The position numbers and the translations under genes were made by a program. Source: Leucoraja erinacea (lineage: Eukaryota). From it: a DNA stretch of 64,000 bases. The notes under the pieces are model-generated. The model did not search any database. It was not told the DNA's origin and saw only the letters and a program-made list of their open reading frames with translations. Location: contig NC_073389.1 of the NCBI RefSeq assembly GCF_028641065.1, forward strand, positions 43,276,001 through 43,340,000. Direction: 5' to 3'. How positions within the stretch are numbered: the first letter of the stretch is position 1; each line of letters opens with the position of its first letter. Shown piece by piece: positions 13,165 to 25,869 of the stretch.

Positions 13165-13357
13165 TGTGTTGGAAGGAACTGCAGATGCTGGTTTATACCG
13201 AAGATAGACACTAAATGCTGGAGTAACTCAGTAGCATTTCTAGAGAAAAGGAATAGGTGATGTTTTGGTTTCTGTTCCGACCTAAAACGTCATCTATATC
13301 TTTTCTCCAGAGATGCTGCCTGACCCACTGAGTTACTCCAGTGTTTTGTGTCTATCT
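13165..13357. mobile_element. Penelope-type fold-back element
   Basis: GGAACTGCAGATGCTGG...GAGTAACTCAG arm and inverted CTGAGTTACTCCAG arm. Confidence 0.7.
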
Positions 13358-16300
13358 CCTTTCATTACATATTTCCTTTGGAGTCCTTGGTTGGAGACAT
13401 GGGTGGCTCTCTTGGAATATTCATGATAAGAAGAATTGCAGCGCCCAGGAGATGTGAAAACTTGTGTCTTACTTTGTACTGTCTTAAAGTCTTAATGACC
13501 ACGTCAAAAACTACTTGTATTTACAGCAAATGCATAAGAGCAAATAACATGAAGGTTTAATCCTTTGTGAGTTTTTTAAATGGAATATGCAAGAGATAGC
13601 CTTGCAGTAAGGCATTTTGTTTTCTGCTGGGCATTGGAAAGATTTCCATTTTTCGCACTCCAAAGATATCCAGTGATTATAACGTTTTGATGACAATTTA
13701 CCGCTTTGAAATGGTTGTAGGTATCTGTCCCAACTCCAAGCCCTCTGAAACAAATACCGGGTAATTTCTATGATATTTACAAAATGTGACGTTGCGTTAA
13801 AGACTTGAACTTTATTGTGTCATAACTTAAATCCTGCCACGTGCTCTTTTTGTACTTTGTCAGTAGTTTTAAATAAGTTGTAATCATTTTGGAACAAAGG
13901 CAAGCAATGAGATATTCTGGAAAGAAAATATCACAATGAGTGCAAATACCTGGTGTGGATACCCAATTCTACATTTCTAAAATCATACTTTTCTCACTTT
14001 TGTGTTTGAAAATAAATAAAACCCGAGCAAAGATGCGCTTTTCTTTGTATTTCCTTATTTCTTTCAATGTTTTTCTTATTTTTCTCCACACAATCTTCTC
14101 TGTAACTGATTTATCCTAAGCTCGTTGAACTCCTCAGAAAGTTAAGTACATCACAGACATTTTTAAGCAAATTGTGACCATTTATTTTAAAATGGAAATA
14201 AGCCTGATTATATCTGGTGTGTTCATTTCTCCCCTGACAAGCTGGAAGTTCTAAGCAGCAGTACACAAATTCAACATTGTGATTAATAACTTGGGAGCTG
14301 CCTCAGTTTGATAGCTTGCTCTTGTTGGTGGAAATTTATGGCTTGGTACTTCCTCAGCAGGACTTCCCACGTTGAATTGATGCACACTGTTGACCCTTGT
14401 GTCCAACATGGGGGTTTTACACAGATGTCTGGTAACTGTGGAAGGTGCAGAAATCCAGAAGACGAACTTGCAACTGAGCTATTATACCCTGGTAGTTAAC
14501 AAAGGTCAGAAGAAGGACTCTGCAAATGTCTGTGACACTGTGTTTCACTGCAGTTTGTTTTTTGATTAGCACAGTTCATGCCCAGGCCATCCCACCTGAA
14601 TAACAATCAGCCCGATTCAGAACATAACTACAGCAACGAAAGCGATAAACATTTGTCGGAATAAAGCTTTGGGGATTTGCAGGATTAAAATCTCCTGAAG
14701 CTCACCAGGAAGCTCTGTGAAAATTAAGAAGGAAGACATTGGAAGAATATGAATTCCATATTTTCTGATCAACATTTGCATTTGTAGAAAGTTTAATAAT
14801 CCATACAGCGAGACAAGTTAAAACAGCTGTATGTTAATGTTGTGGCAGATTGCACATTCCTCCATGTCTTGAAATAGTTATCTTAAATCACATATGTTTC
14901 AGGTGGAATTAAGAAATCCTTTAAATCTCACTTAATATCCAGCAACATTCTTTGTTCCTTTTTTTATCCAACATATTCTGTCCTGAGCATATGCCAATTA
15001 CACTTATTCTTCTGTTTCATGCTGGCTTGGCTGTTAATTGTTTTATTTCTAATTTCTCAGTGTAGGGTTCACAAAAATATATATATATATTAATAATTGG
15101 AACCGTTCTCCAACCATACTTTTAAACATTGTGTTATGAATTTGGCTAAATCACCATATAAAAAAGTTTGAATGTTATGGGCATGTGAGCACATTTTGAG
15201 TTGTCTGGCAAAAGCTGTAACAGGAATCAAACACTGTTAACATTATCTCATTACTCCAGAAGAAATATAACAGAAGAAAATGTTTCAACTTCCTGGCAAT
15301 ACAGTTGCCACATATTTTAAAGAACATGATCTGATCAGGCAGAATGTATTGCACCCAAATAAAAAAAATAGAAATGCGTACGTATAACAAATGTTCCTTA
15401 TATCATTTGATGATTATGAATTGATTTGCTACAGTTGCGCATTGACAGGGTGTTATCAATGTTAACTTAATTCAATTTTTATGACAAATTTTAGGATTGA
15501 AAATGCAGAACCAGATTACTTTTTTTGCTCCCAAACATCCCTTCTTTCTTTTCTGAAAATGAAGCCGACTGGATTACAGTTCCAGTAAAGACACATTACT
15601 CTCCATGTATTTAGAAAGGAGATCATATTTCAGGATAAGCTGTATATAATGTCTTGGAAAACTTCATGGTAAATTGCCATCCAGTATTCCTTCAACATTC
15701 ACAAAAGATTGCAATGTTGTGATATTGTTGCTGAATTACTAACTGCATTTGAGATTTAATGGAGATTATTTGTGATGTTCAATTTAAAGAAAAGTTCCCT
15801 ATCACCCTTCAATGAATGGTGACCATTAAAACAATAATACATAATAGCCATTCCTTCTCTCCAGTGGTGCTGCCTGTCCCGCTGAGTTACTCCAGCATTT
15901 TGTGTCATCTGCAGTTCTTTCCTACACATTCCAATACATAATAGTGATGTGCTTGGTTGCAACAGCCTGAATCTGAACTCAAAACAGGCACAATCAACAC
16001 TTAACCCTAGTCTGAAAACATGCAATTTTTTCCACATACTGACCAGACCAGACCTATATTAAAATATAATAGTTTTAAACACCATAATTCACAGCCTGTA
16101 ACACCAAGCAAACCATTGCGATCTGAATACAATACTGAATGCTTCTTCAGAATATATACCCCACCCTGACCTAAACAACCAGTCCCACCCTACTTGGGTC
16201 AAGTAGCTACACGCTAGAATACATTAATTAAAATTGTGATTATTATTATTAAAGCAGCAGCATTAATAAGATAACAGTAATAATTATTTATTTGAGTAAT

Positions 16301-16872
16301 TTATAGTTTATCAGTCACTGTATTAAAATTTACAGAGAATACAAAATTGTCTCTTGTATGTGAACCAGATGGAGGTACAAAGTATTTTTTACTAAAAGTT
16401 AATCTTATGTGAAATTCAATTAATTAATTTGATCTGCCACATCAAACATCTGCAGTCATTGTAACCTGGCCATGGAAAAAGACTGAGCTTATCATGCAAG
16501 AACTTTGATTCACTGTAGACATGTTTATAACATTCAAAGATATTGATGCATTTGAAAACAACAAGAAGCCACTTCTAATTCTTTGCAGTTTAACTCGCAG
16601 TTTAATGAAAATGTGTTAAACATTGAGAATAATGGACATTGTTCCTGTGTGCCAAAACCAGAAGGGGGCAGAGGGAGCAAGGTTCCAGCTGTTAAATTCC
16701 AGACATTGCCTATAAGCCTGGTTTAATTATATCTGGTCCACAGCCTCATAAAGAACAATATTTTTGCCTTGATTTCCAAGTTCACTGTAGATATGCAAAA
16801 AATATAAATTAAGTATTCGGGTCAATGTATTCTGAAAACTGATTCGTTGTAGTATCAATGGTCACTTGAAGA

Positions 16873-17124
16873 AACAGTCTGAAGAAGGGTATAGATCCAA
16901 ATTTTAGTTGATTACTACAGGTGTCAGGGGTTATGGGGAGAAGGCAGGAGAATGAGGTTAGGAGGGAGAGATACATCAGCAGTGATTGAATGGCGGAGTA
17001 GACTTGATGGGCCAAACGGGTCTAATTCTGCTCCTATTATGACCTTTTGACCTTCATCACCCATTCCTTCTCTCCAGAGATGCTTCCTATCCTACTGAGT
17101 TACACCAGTCTTCTGTGTCTATCT
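16873..17124 (+). mobile_element. Penelope-type hammerhead element interrupted by a CR1/HER1 3' end (about 16902-17054)
   Basis: CTGAAGAAGGGT...AAA | CR1 3' UTR (GATTGAATGGCGGAGTAGACTTGATGGGCC) | CATCACCCATTCC; TSD TCACTTGAAGA at 16862-16872 / 17125-17135. Confidence 0.7.
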
Positions 17125-17459
17125 TCACTTGAAGATACTCATGGATTTTCTCTGGTAAATCTTGCTTTGTTGTAGAAGAGATACAATCTTAAAGGATGAT
17201 GCAATGTTTTGCAGTCATCATGTTGGTTTTATATTACTTATTTGTCTATTTTAAGCTTCATATTTTAACTAGGAATAAGCATACATTTTGTCCTTTTTTT
17301 CACTGGAAATCTTTTTTAAATATTTGGTTAGAAGATAACCTGTCTTTTTGTTGCTTTAGCAGTATCTTATTTAATACTTCTTGGTTCTAAATCAAGGCCA
17401 CACAGATGAATATTTCAAATATATCACGATTCTCTTGATTGTGAGACCTTGTGGAGCAT

Positions 17460-17730
17460 TCTGCCTTGGGTGTTCTCTGTTGCCAGAGTGAGGCCACATG
17501 CAAACTGGAGGGATATTCTGCATTCTGTTTGTAGTTTGTTTGGTTGTTTGTTTGTTTGTCTTTTTGCACAAAGTTTGTGAGCATTGCCACTTTTCAGTTG
17601 ACTGCACATCTCGTATGTGTATTTGACGAATAAACTTGACTTGACTTAACTTGACTTGACTTGACTTGACTTGGGTAGCTTACAACCCAACATGAAACCC
17701 CTTAACAATGAATGTTAAGTTCTCCAATAT
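17460..17730 (+). mobile_element. Penelope-like ORF C-terminal (GIY-YIG end) relic, interrupted by a Rex1-type 3' tail (about 17525-17672)
   Basis: Translates SALGVLCCQSEATCKLE ... LGSLQPN..MNVKFSN, resembling the 'RKLEE..LIFRLGSLQP.GMN' end of Penelope ORFs. Confidence 0.55.
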
Positions 17731-17775
17731 TTGGAGAACTCAACACCACCCCTCCCCCCTCCTTCCTATTTTTAG

Positions 17776-17957
17776 TCACGGTCAATTTTTAACATCTTGA
17801 AAAATACGCCGCGACCTAGCTGAAGCCTCGACTACGCGGAGACCACTCTTGAGCATGAAGGAGAGTGACGAAGACCTCCTACGGCCTCGTGGTGACTATG
17901 GGTCACGGGAAAACTCGCCAGAGGTCGCGGTGGAGGTCTCCCAAGTGGGACTGGCCC
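17776..17957. mobile_element. Partial Harbinger-type MITE (one terminus)
   Basis: Ends AAGTGGGACTGGCCC|TTA, the same TIR core as the 8314 MITE; the left end is missing. Confidence 0.5.
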
Positions 17958-18261
17958 TTAGCCCGGTAGGGCGCCGCCGAGTATAAAGAGGGATCTGACA
18001 GAGAGTTGCCGAGTGGAAAGAGGAACTCAGAGGGGTGCCTGCGACCATGTTTGCAGCAGACCTGCGAGAAGTTAAGACTGTACCAAGAACGTTTTGAAAC
18101 TTTGTCAGCGCCAGAAACGTGGCGACTCTTTGTGTACTGCCGAGGTGAAGAGTGCTGTATTACCGGATTGTATCCAAAAGCAAAGAATTTCACTGTGACA
18201 ATAAAGTATCATTGAATTATTGAATCATTGAACTCATCCCCTGATCCTACCTCTCATCTGC

Positions 18262-18465
18262 ACACTAGGGGCAACTTACAGTGGAAAATTAACCAACCAA
18301 TCTGCACATTCATGGGATGTGGGAGGTAGGTGGTGCTCCTCAAGGAATCTTATGCTGTCACACGGTGAACAAGGAAACTCCACACAAACACCAACAACAG
18401 AGGTCAGGATTGAACCCTAGTCAGTAGAGTTGTGAGGCAGCAACTCTACCAGCGCCGTCAGTCTG
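18262..18465 (-). mobile_element. HE1-like V-SINE fragment
   Basis: Reverse-strand GGGATGTGGGAGG core and GGATTGAACCC B box. Confidence 0.65.
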
Positions 18466-18585
18466 TCATCCATTCAGTATTCCAGTCCTAAATTTGGCAC
18501 TTCCTTACTTGGTTATATTTATTACCAGAATGAAGTTCACCTAATTGGTTACAAATTATGATTAAAATCTTAATTATAAAGAACA

Positions 18586-19380
18586 CCAGACTAACTGGGA
18601 CCCGTTGGGTCCCTGTCACATGGGAGACCTGGACCCCCAATGCAACCCGTTCTCCAATGCAATATTCCACCACTCACCCATTCCCCCAAAGCAACCCGTC
18701 CCCCCAACGCAATATTACACCACTCACGCATAGCCCCCCAGCTGCGCAGGCACGGCTCATTTCCCCTCGTCCCCCAGCACTCCCTCCCCCTACACTTCAC
18801 CCTCTCTCTTCTTTCCCCTCTCCTCCCCCCTCCCCCAATCCCTCCCTCACCTCTCTCTCCCCCTCTCCTTTCCCCTAAGTCCCTCCCTCCCTCCCTCCAT
18901 CCATAAAAAGCAGCATCTACAGTTCCATCCTCCACTGGTCATTCATTGTTAGCCATGGGTTAGATCCCGTTGACTTGTCAATTGGACCAGTTTGCATCGT
19001 GTGTGTGAGTTACTCAAACTCTGCGCAAATCCTGCAACCGACTCTCCCTCCCTCCCTCCCTCTGCCCACTCTGGCTCAGCTGCCGCTCAGCCCGTCCCCA
19101 CCCTACCCATCCGCCTACCTGCCTGCTCGTATCGGCCGCGGGGCCGCGGAAGGAAGGGGGGGGGGTGGAGTCATTGTTCGTCACGGTGGGCACCATGAGT
19201 TTCGATGAGCTGATGGAGAAGATCTCCTCCAAAAAGGAGGTGAAAAATCGTAGAGCTATCGTGTACCGTTTTTGCACAAACAGAAAAACCTCACAAACCG
19301 GAAGAGCACAAGATGTATGTATGTATGTATGAATAAGGTATGTATGTATGTATATATGTACATACATGTATATGTATAGA
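18586..19380 (-). mobile_element. Non-autonomous Helitron (complete)
   Basis: Minus strand starts A|TC at 19380 and ends CTGG|T at 18586, with a GGGACCC-AAC-GGGTCCC hairpin (18597-18613) 7 nt before the CTGG; no TSD. Confidence 0.75.
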
Positions 19381-22300
19381 TAGGAGAATGAAGATGGAAT
19401 GAATGAGATATATCTGCAAGTAAAAAAAACGTGATGCATATTGTTGCAGTTGGGCACGGATATTATCGAGTGATACCTCGTCTCATGCCCCCATTTGCGT
19501 GGAGAGGCATGTGGGCTTCCTGCATCTTCTGTAACATTGTGTGACATTAGTACAAATCGGAACAATCATTTGATATTAATTCAGTGTGAAATAATGCCGT
19601 ATTAGATAACATAGTGCAGAGAAAATAGCCTGACTTGAGCACATTAAATGTTTTAAATGCAATGTTTTTCTTTGTACTACAGTTGTAGATCACAGTGCTG
19701 GCAATAGTTGAAATTGGTTCTGACATTGCATTGATTAATAACTGAAATGCAGATGTTGTTCCCCCAACCATGAATCAATTTTGCCTTAAAAGAGCACATT
19801 ACTTGGAAAAAATGCAAGTCTTATTGAACTAACTTGCAACAAATGATTTCATAAGAAAGATTTCTTAAATTACAATTTGGAAAATCCATCAGTGCAAGTG
19901 ATAACTATATTACTTGTCTCTGTATAACTAAGACACATGTTGTTAGGAAGGCAATCCATGTTTTCCTCTTTACTTTACATGTTAATAACTAGTCCATGAA
20001 ATACAGGGTGTATCAATCCGGCTGGCTTTTTTCCCCATCCACTGTCTTTTTCCCACCCAACAAAAAGTCATTTTTCAAGTCTAAAATCGGGCTATCAACA
20101 TTGCTTTACCATGTGTAGCAAGAAAGGTAAAATGCTTTAGCTAAAGGAATTCTACAACATGGCAGGAAGGAAGACAACCAAAGACTTTGATAATGATGGC
20201 AGGTCAGACAGACAAGATAGGGCTAAAAGTGGGAACAGTCCACAACCCAATATTGGAAGAATAAGGATGGTGAGAGGTGGTGAAGTTTGCAAGTGAGGAC
20301 ATGCATGAAGAATTTTGAACTTGAACAACCTAAAAACTGGATCAATTTGTACACATTTTTAAAAGTGTTTTTTGCGAATGTAATATTGTGCTAGTGGTAA
20401 TTTCTGCAGTTGATTAGTGGCCATCCAGGAATTAGCCTGGCCAAGTCCTGACACAATTCATTTCTGTGTAACTCACAACTATCTGGGTATCAGTTGCACA
20501 CTTACGCCATCATTGTCCATCCTATGCATATTTTCCCCACAGCCTACAGAGATTGGATCTTCAACCTCCATTATTGATTCACAAAACAAAGGAGAACTAT
20601 CGCCCAGGCTTCAGAAATGAGAAGGCAATTAAAGACAGCTTCTCAGCCTCACATTGCATAATTAACTGGAAAATCCTTCATTGGTCACACACAGACTTGA
20701 GTCACTTGCATGCAATTATCACTTTGCCTATTAGTCAGCTTGCAGTTAGTTCACCATGGCTTGGGGCATCTGCTGCATGAATGTTAATAGGTCAGATCAA
20801 TGTATCGGTGGGTGGAGGTGCACAAGAGGAGAAAATTTTCATCCTTCCCTTGCCTCTTCTCTCACTTTCATGACAACCATTTCTGCCACCATACTCTGGC
20901 TTGCAAAGAGAGGCCATATTCTTAGTGTTATATACTGTTCACAAACAGGTCCTACAGGTCAACTCATCTGTGCAATCTTGATCTAGTCTTGTTTGCTTGC
21001 ATTTGGCTTACATTCTTTTAAACTTTGCCCATCCACGAACCTGTCCAAACCTCATTTAAACATTCTAATTGCACATGCTTCTACTATTCGTTCCATTATA
21101 TACCCAACACTCTCTGTGTGAAAACTTGCCACTGTCACAAACATTATGCCTGTTTTAGACTCTCCTAACCTAGACTCTCCTAACCATGATCGTCTGTCTA
21201 TGTTATCTATGTCCCTCACTATCTTTTGTTCCTCTGTAACATCACCGCTGAGTCTCTTTCGCTCTAAGGAAGGCATTTCCAGCCTAACCAGTCTTTCCCT
21301 AAATGCTAACTCGCTTCTGGGAAGTCAACCTGACAAAGAGGTGTGTAATTTCTTGAATCTTTTTCCCTGTCCACCTGGTTTCCTCCTTCCGGGACAGAAC
21401 CCGGAATGGGATGACCGTTTCGGGAGTCTGGTGTCAGGCACTTTTAACAAAATTGTCTGGCGAAGTAACTAACTAAGGGCCTCAATACTGGGGATGTATT
21501 AAGGATGTTGGCCTGGGAGAGTCTGCTGACATTGGTTTGTTTATCCTCCCAGTGAATTTACGTAACAGTGAATGTGCATGGCACACCAAAAGAGGGTGAA
21601 CTCCAATTACCAGGCATATATATTAGAAGATAGAAAAACAACAAAGGATATAGTTTTGTAAGTCAAAGAGTATGAGAACAAAAGAACTGAAAGATTAATT
21701 TATGATTAGGGTCTGATAACTTTTAATGCTGGCCTTTCAGCTAACTAAATAAGATGCCATCCATTTAAATAGGGATTTTTTTAAAGAAAAGCCCATGTTA
21801 ATTTTCCCTTTTCACTAATGTGGGAAATGTATGTAACTATGGTGTTTATTTCAATTTAATTTGTTTTAATAAATAATTCAAGAATTCAGCTGTTTCTCAG
21901 GATGAAATACAAGTTTATTTCTACTGTGAAAACCAGCAAGCACCGTCTCCCCCAGTGACCACTCCATGGTTCCTTTGTGCTTGCCCTGTTCCCATTACTT
22001 GTGGCAGAACAGAGCCCAGGTCAAATAGCACTACAGCTAACAATATAGTCTATAAACAATCATTCCGGTGGCCTGAGAGTGGCCTTTCAACGTTCAACAG
22101 CTCCAGTATGATTAAAGTGGGTCAGTGTCGCAGCAGGTCATACAGGCCTTGTGCGCTAAAATTATAGGGCTGGGGGTTAAGATACCTTTGGCCAGAAAGT
22201 AACTTCCCTGCTCTGCAATGCCACAAATTGTGTTTTCACTAGAAAAGCTGCATTTTGTTATTTTGACACTTGACCAAGTGGACCTGTGGGAATGATATTC

Positions 22301-23329
22301 CCATTTCGCTCTCAGCAGCAATGGTTGGAGGATTGTACTTGTGAGGACAATGAGCAATGGAAGGAACTGTAGCGATTTATCCTGGGAGTGATTTAAGAGC
22401 TTTGTAACTAACTGTAATCTTCCTCATACTGCCCTGAATATGATCATATATCCATACAAAGATGCCAGGAGAAAATATCTCAATGGCATAACGAACTGAA
22501 GTTGTCTTTTAAAATACAAACTTTATTCCAACCCTTCTCACAAATCCTTCCCCTTATTCCTTCATCCCCACTCACCCCTCTCCCTAACCCCCCAAATCTA
22601 CCCCCACCATCATAGTTTTCCATGCCAAAACAAAACACTGGAAGGGGAAGAGCACAGGAGGGAAGTTCTGACGCATGACTTAACTAAAACCCCAATCTTT
22701 TGCCTCCACACATGCTGATCTCCACTGAGTTCTTCCAGCATTCTGTTTTGTCCTAGATTCCAGCATCTGCAGTCACATTTTGTTTGTGCACATATTGCAA
22801 ACACCCACATTCTTTGATGCAACATTCTAATCCCCTGTGCCAATCATCTTCATAATTTCCCTTATTTAGGCTTTGAATTTGAAATCTAAACTAAACTAAA
22901 CCATACAATACTCACTGTAACATTCAGTCTACAAATTAATATTCCTGTGATTATTTAAAATGGGTTTTAAAAGAGGGTTCAGAGGTGACATACACTGGTG
23001 TACTTGGCAAGATTACCAGTGGGCTTATCAGCACATTTTTCCAAACAGTGGGTCATGATCAGTTCAGTTCAGTTTAGTTTATTGTTGAGTGAAAAGCTTT
23101 TGTCGGCTGAGACTGTATCCAGTCCAATACATTGGAACTTGCCCATCCATCAACTGTTACGATGATCCTTCTCACAGTCAGGGTTGCATTTCATATATAC
23201 AAGGCTGGCCTCTTCTCCCCCGCTCTCCGATGGTCCTCGCCTGCTGTGAGACTAATGTTACCTTTCCCACTGTTGATAGCCATCTCCAGTTCCACTGACA
23301 CACAGCGTCTCGCTCACTGTAGGATTACA

Positions 23330-23695
23330 TAGAGTCACACAGTTATACTGCATGGAAAAAGGCCTTTTGGCCCAACTTCTCACAATGCCCAACATGTCCC
23401 ATCTACGCTAGTCCCACCTGCCTGCATGTGGCACATATCCCTCTAAACCTATCCTATCCATGTACCTGTCTAAATGTTTCTTAAACATAGTACCTGCCTC
23501 AACTACCTCCTCTAGCAGCTCGTTCCATACAGCCACCACCCTTTGTGTAAAACAGTTACCCCTCAGGTTGGTATTAAATCTTTCCCCTCTTACCTTAAAT
23601 CTATGTCCTCTGATTCTCCGTTCTCCATTCCCCTACTCTGGGCAAGAGACTGTGCATTGACCTAATTTATTACTTTCATGAATTTGTACATCTCC
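23330..23695 (-). mobile_element. CR1-clade LINE 3' fragment
   Basis: Similar to the 42233 copy (CCACCACCCTTTGTGT...CCCTACTCTGGGCAAGAGA). Confidence 0.8.
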
Positions 23696-24113
23696 ACTAC
23701 TGGTGCCTTAGTTTAGCTAGATACTGTATCTTTTAAGATGTTAAAAGGAGATTTGCAGGAATGGAAGCTTGCTCTGGCCTGGAGAACTCCCTTTAAGAAC
23801 TAGCAATGAAGACTTCAGCTGCAGTGGGGCTGAGAGAGCCATAGAATATAGAAAAATAGGTGCAGGAGTAGGCCATTCGGCCCTCTGAACCAGCACCGCC
23901 ATTCAATATGATCATGGCTGATCATCTAAAATCAATATCCCATTCCTGCTTTTTCCCCATATCCCTAGATTCCTTTAGCCCTGAGCCATAAATGAGTAAT
24001 GCGATTGAAGTTGATATAATCAGTCATTTGGTGGAAAGAATATGGATTTGGAATTAGATAGGAACCCGTTTGCAAATATTGTGATTAAGCCTGATCCAGT
24101 GTCCATTACTGGA

Positions 24114-24165
24114 GGGGTCAAGGAAAGAGCGTTCATGTCGTGGCCCTGTGTTCACCAATCTTTCC
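24114..24165 (+). ncRNA. Minimal HDV/CPEB3-like self-cleaving ribozyme fold
   Basis: P1 GGGGUC/GGCCCU (G1.U wobble), P2 GGAAAGA/UCUUUCC, P3 GCG/CGU, L3 UUCAUGU, GU after P1, vestigial P4, J4/2 C-C-A-A. Nested double-pseudoknot order is correct. Confidence 0.7.
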
Positions 24166-24287
24166 ACCACCATGCACAAGAAGCACAAGAGGCGCAAGAC
24201 AGACACCATTGTATGCAGATGCCGAGAAGTGTGTTCAGCTCTGGTTGAACAACTTGTAATCTTGTGTGTGGACTCGATAAGAAGAAG
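24114..24287 (+). mobile_element. Ribozyme-headed short non-autonomous retroelement, family A
   Basis: Starts at ribozyme G1, ends in (AAG)n, flanked by ACTGGAGG direct repeats (24108-24115 / 24288-24295; the left copy overlaps the first Gs). A second copy lies at 3183-3352 on the minus strand. Confidence 0.8.
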
Positions 24288-25869
24288 ACTGGAGGCTTCC
24301 CTGGTGTGTGAAGTGAGGGTGTTGCTCCCTAAGTTATTCTTCAAGATCGTTAAAGACTCTCCAATCCCATAACTGGCAGACAGCCAAAGACAAGTCAATG
24401 GCATCAATGGCTCTACGCTTAAATGATTTTAACGAGAGCCCAGGATGAATCTTAAATGCTATCTTGGGCGATGTGAAGGGGAATATACAGCATTTGTCTA
24501 ATCAACATTGGTCCCATTATTGGGCACAGAGAGTTTTCTAGATGATACGATTTGCATATGCACTGTCTAATTTGCATACATTTCCTTTTAAAATGTAATC
24601 TAAAAATTTGCAGATGCTAAGTGTCACCATTTTTGTGACCCAAAATATTGCAGAATCCTAAGAAGCAAAAGATGGGCCAGTTTATTAGCTGATTAGCTAT
24701 GCTGATGTAAATTATCAAATTCTCAGGGATGTTGAGGAACTGTAAGCTGTAAAACATAAAACTACTGTTAGCTATGAGAATGGAGGTTTTTAAAGTGGCG
24801 AGTAAACAATTAAAGGTCATTCTCGACAAGTTCGCAATAGAATTAGTGAGGTTTCAAGTGAAATTGACAGATATTCTGTTTAATGTGTGGGTGCACCCTC
24901 TAGTGATATGTAATAGGTCATATGCAATATACATATGAGCACATGTACCATATCTGTTTATCGACATATAATATATAAAACTTGTAAAGATACACATATT
25001 TATTGAAATGCCTAGCTGTAACAACTATAAAGTGTGCAGGTAGTGTAGGTTGTTCTATGTAGCTACTTATGAACAGAGCCATCAATAAACCACCCACTGA
25101 ACTCACATGGGCTGCACATGAAAGCAGCTGAGCCGCTGAAGTTAAGGCAATGCCAGGATGCTCTGATTCACTGTGTGTCCTGTCAATGAATGAGAATTAA
25201 ACTGTGGTACGCCTTTATGTTTTCATTTTCCACAGTCAAAAATAACAGAGGATGAAAGCTTCCCGCTTGTGTATTCAGAACTGTAATTTTTTTTCCAGCA
25301 GTATTGTACTGCTGATATAGTGTGAAATTAATCAAGGCTATCTCCAGGCTCCTTTTCAGATGGCTGCCTTCTCTGTAAAGGAAGCATGTGGTAAAGCAGA
25401 GAGAATGTGTTTGTGTCACCACGGTGATAACCTGATCAGCAAGATGCCAAAAAAAGGACACTCTGTAAACCACAGCCCTCTGTGTAGCAGTTCTTGCATA
25501 TTAAAGCTGGGCAGCACAGTGCATGGAAGTTTAAATGTCTGGGGTATAATAGAACTCTCATTGTAAGTGACCAGTTTCAGTCATTGTGCTCAGCAACATT
25601 GAACTGTACAGAAATATACCTACTATTGTAACTAAGTGATCTCAGGTATAACATAAGTGCTCTCTTAGGTCTTAGCTTGTTCCATGTCAGACATCTGCAA
25701 TTAAGTAATAGCAAGATTAATATTAAGGGAAATCAATTCAATGAATTAACAATGTCACAAAGCAATCTGATGCAGAATTGGTTAATATATATCTGTGTTA
25801 GCTGTGCACTTTGGCAGAAAGCCACACACACCTTGGAAATGGTAGTCGAATGAAACAAGGTTCCAAATA

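Noticed and set aside
18558-19565. Pro/Gly-rich and 183-aa ORFs
   Set aside because: Low-complexity translations of the Helitron interior and microsatellite.
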